A stretch of 63,912 nucleotides of DNA, filler included, from Nemertoderma westbladi (lineage: Eukaryota > Animalia > Xenacoelomorpha): the NCBI GenBank assembly GCA_032718475.1. It is 4 parts of 4 records of this genome, joined end to end, with 100 filler letters (N's around TTAATTAATTAA, not from the genome) between each part and the next. Parts side by side here need not be neighbours in the genome. Positions count along the whole stretch, not along the records: positions 56,456 to 63,912 come from JAUCBJ010001057.1; 3 more parts are not named here. One strand, written 5' to 3'. This document shows, one piece after another, positions 63,619 through 63,912 of this stretch. The notes under the pieces were generated by a model. It made no database searches. It was given only the letters and a program-made list of their open reading frames with translations, and was not told the origin of the DNA. A program made the translations under genes and the position numbers. Every line of letters starts with the position of its first letter. Position 1 is the stretch's first letter.

Positions 63619-63912
63619 TACGCCTATCTATTGCTGTAGATTCTCTGTTAAACAGCACTAATTATATACGGATTTGGGAAAACACAGTAGTGCATTTAGA
63701 GCAAAATGCACTTAAAAAGTGCACATTTTTTCGATATTTCAAACACAATTATTTCCTGATCAATTTATTGTAGAATGTTATTTTTTGGATTAAATCGTAA
63801 TTTGGAGTGATTTCTAACTATAATCTTAACATTTGTTTAACTTGTTGTGTCTATAAAGTTAGTTAACACTAGAAGGACCGGAATTTCGTTCTACCTAGTA
63901 GGGCCAGAGACG

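Overview
AT-rich, intron-containing invertebrate animal DNA, probably an arthropod (judged from a TATA+TCAGTT initiator and the FN2 exon style; this is inference). It consists of four contigs joined by artificial N-linkers carrying TTAATTAATTAA (18095, 37206, 56356), so adjacency across linkers is unproven. Host genes: an intronless membrane-anchored fibrinogen-related protein, a single-coding-exon ovo/shavenbaby-type C2H2 factor, a multi-exon EF-hand repeat gene (minus strand) and scattered FN2, EGF and Kazal exons. Most of the rest is mobile or repetitive DNA: a 13.6 kb BEL/Pao LTR retrotransposon, RTE-type LINEs, a CRE-type LINE fragment, hAT-, piggyBac- and MITE-like elements, and two large satellites. 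The most notable observations are: (1) the BEL/Pao element carries an extra ORF in the env position encoding a WRN/EXD2/RNase D-like DEDDy 3'-5' exonuclease fused to a double CCHC knuckle, and a divergent relative of that ORF lies at 61.6-62.3 kb; (2) the element has no canonical tRNA primer-binding site, and the sequence in that position is complementary to its own LTR; (3) a 9.8 kb satellite has a 22-bp unit that matches the U1 snRNA 5' end on one strand and gives two splice-donor motifs on the other; (4) a LINE insertion duplicated a host splice donor. All family calls come from motif recognition by eye, not from database searches.
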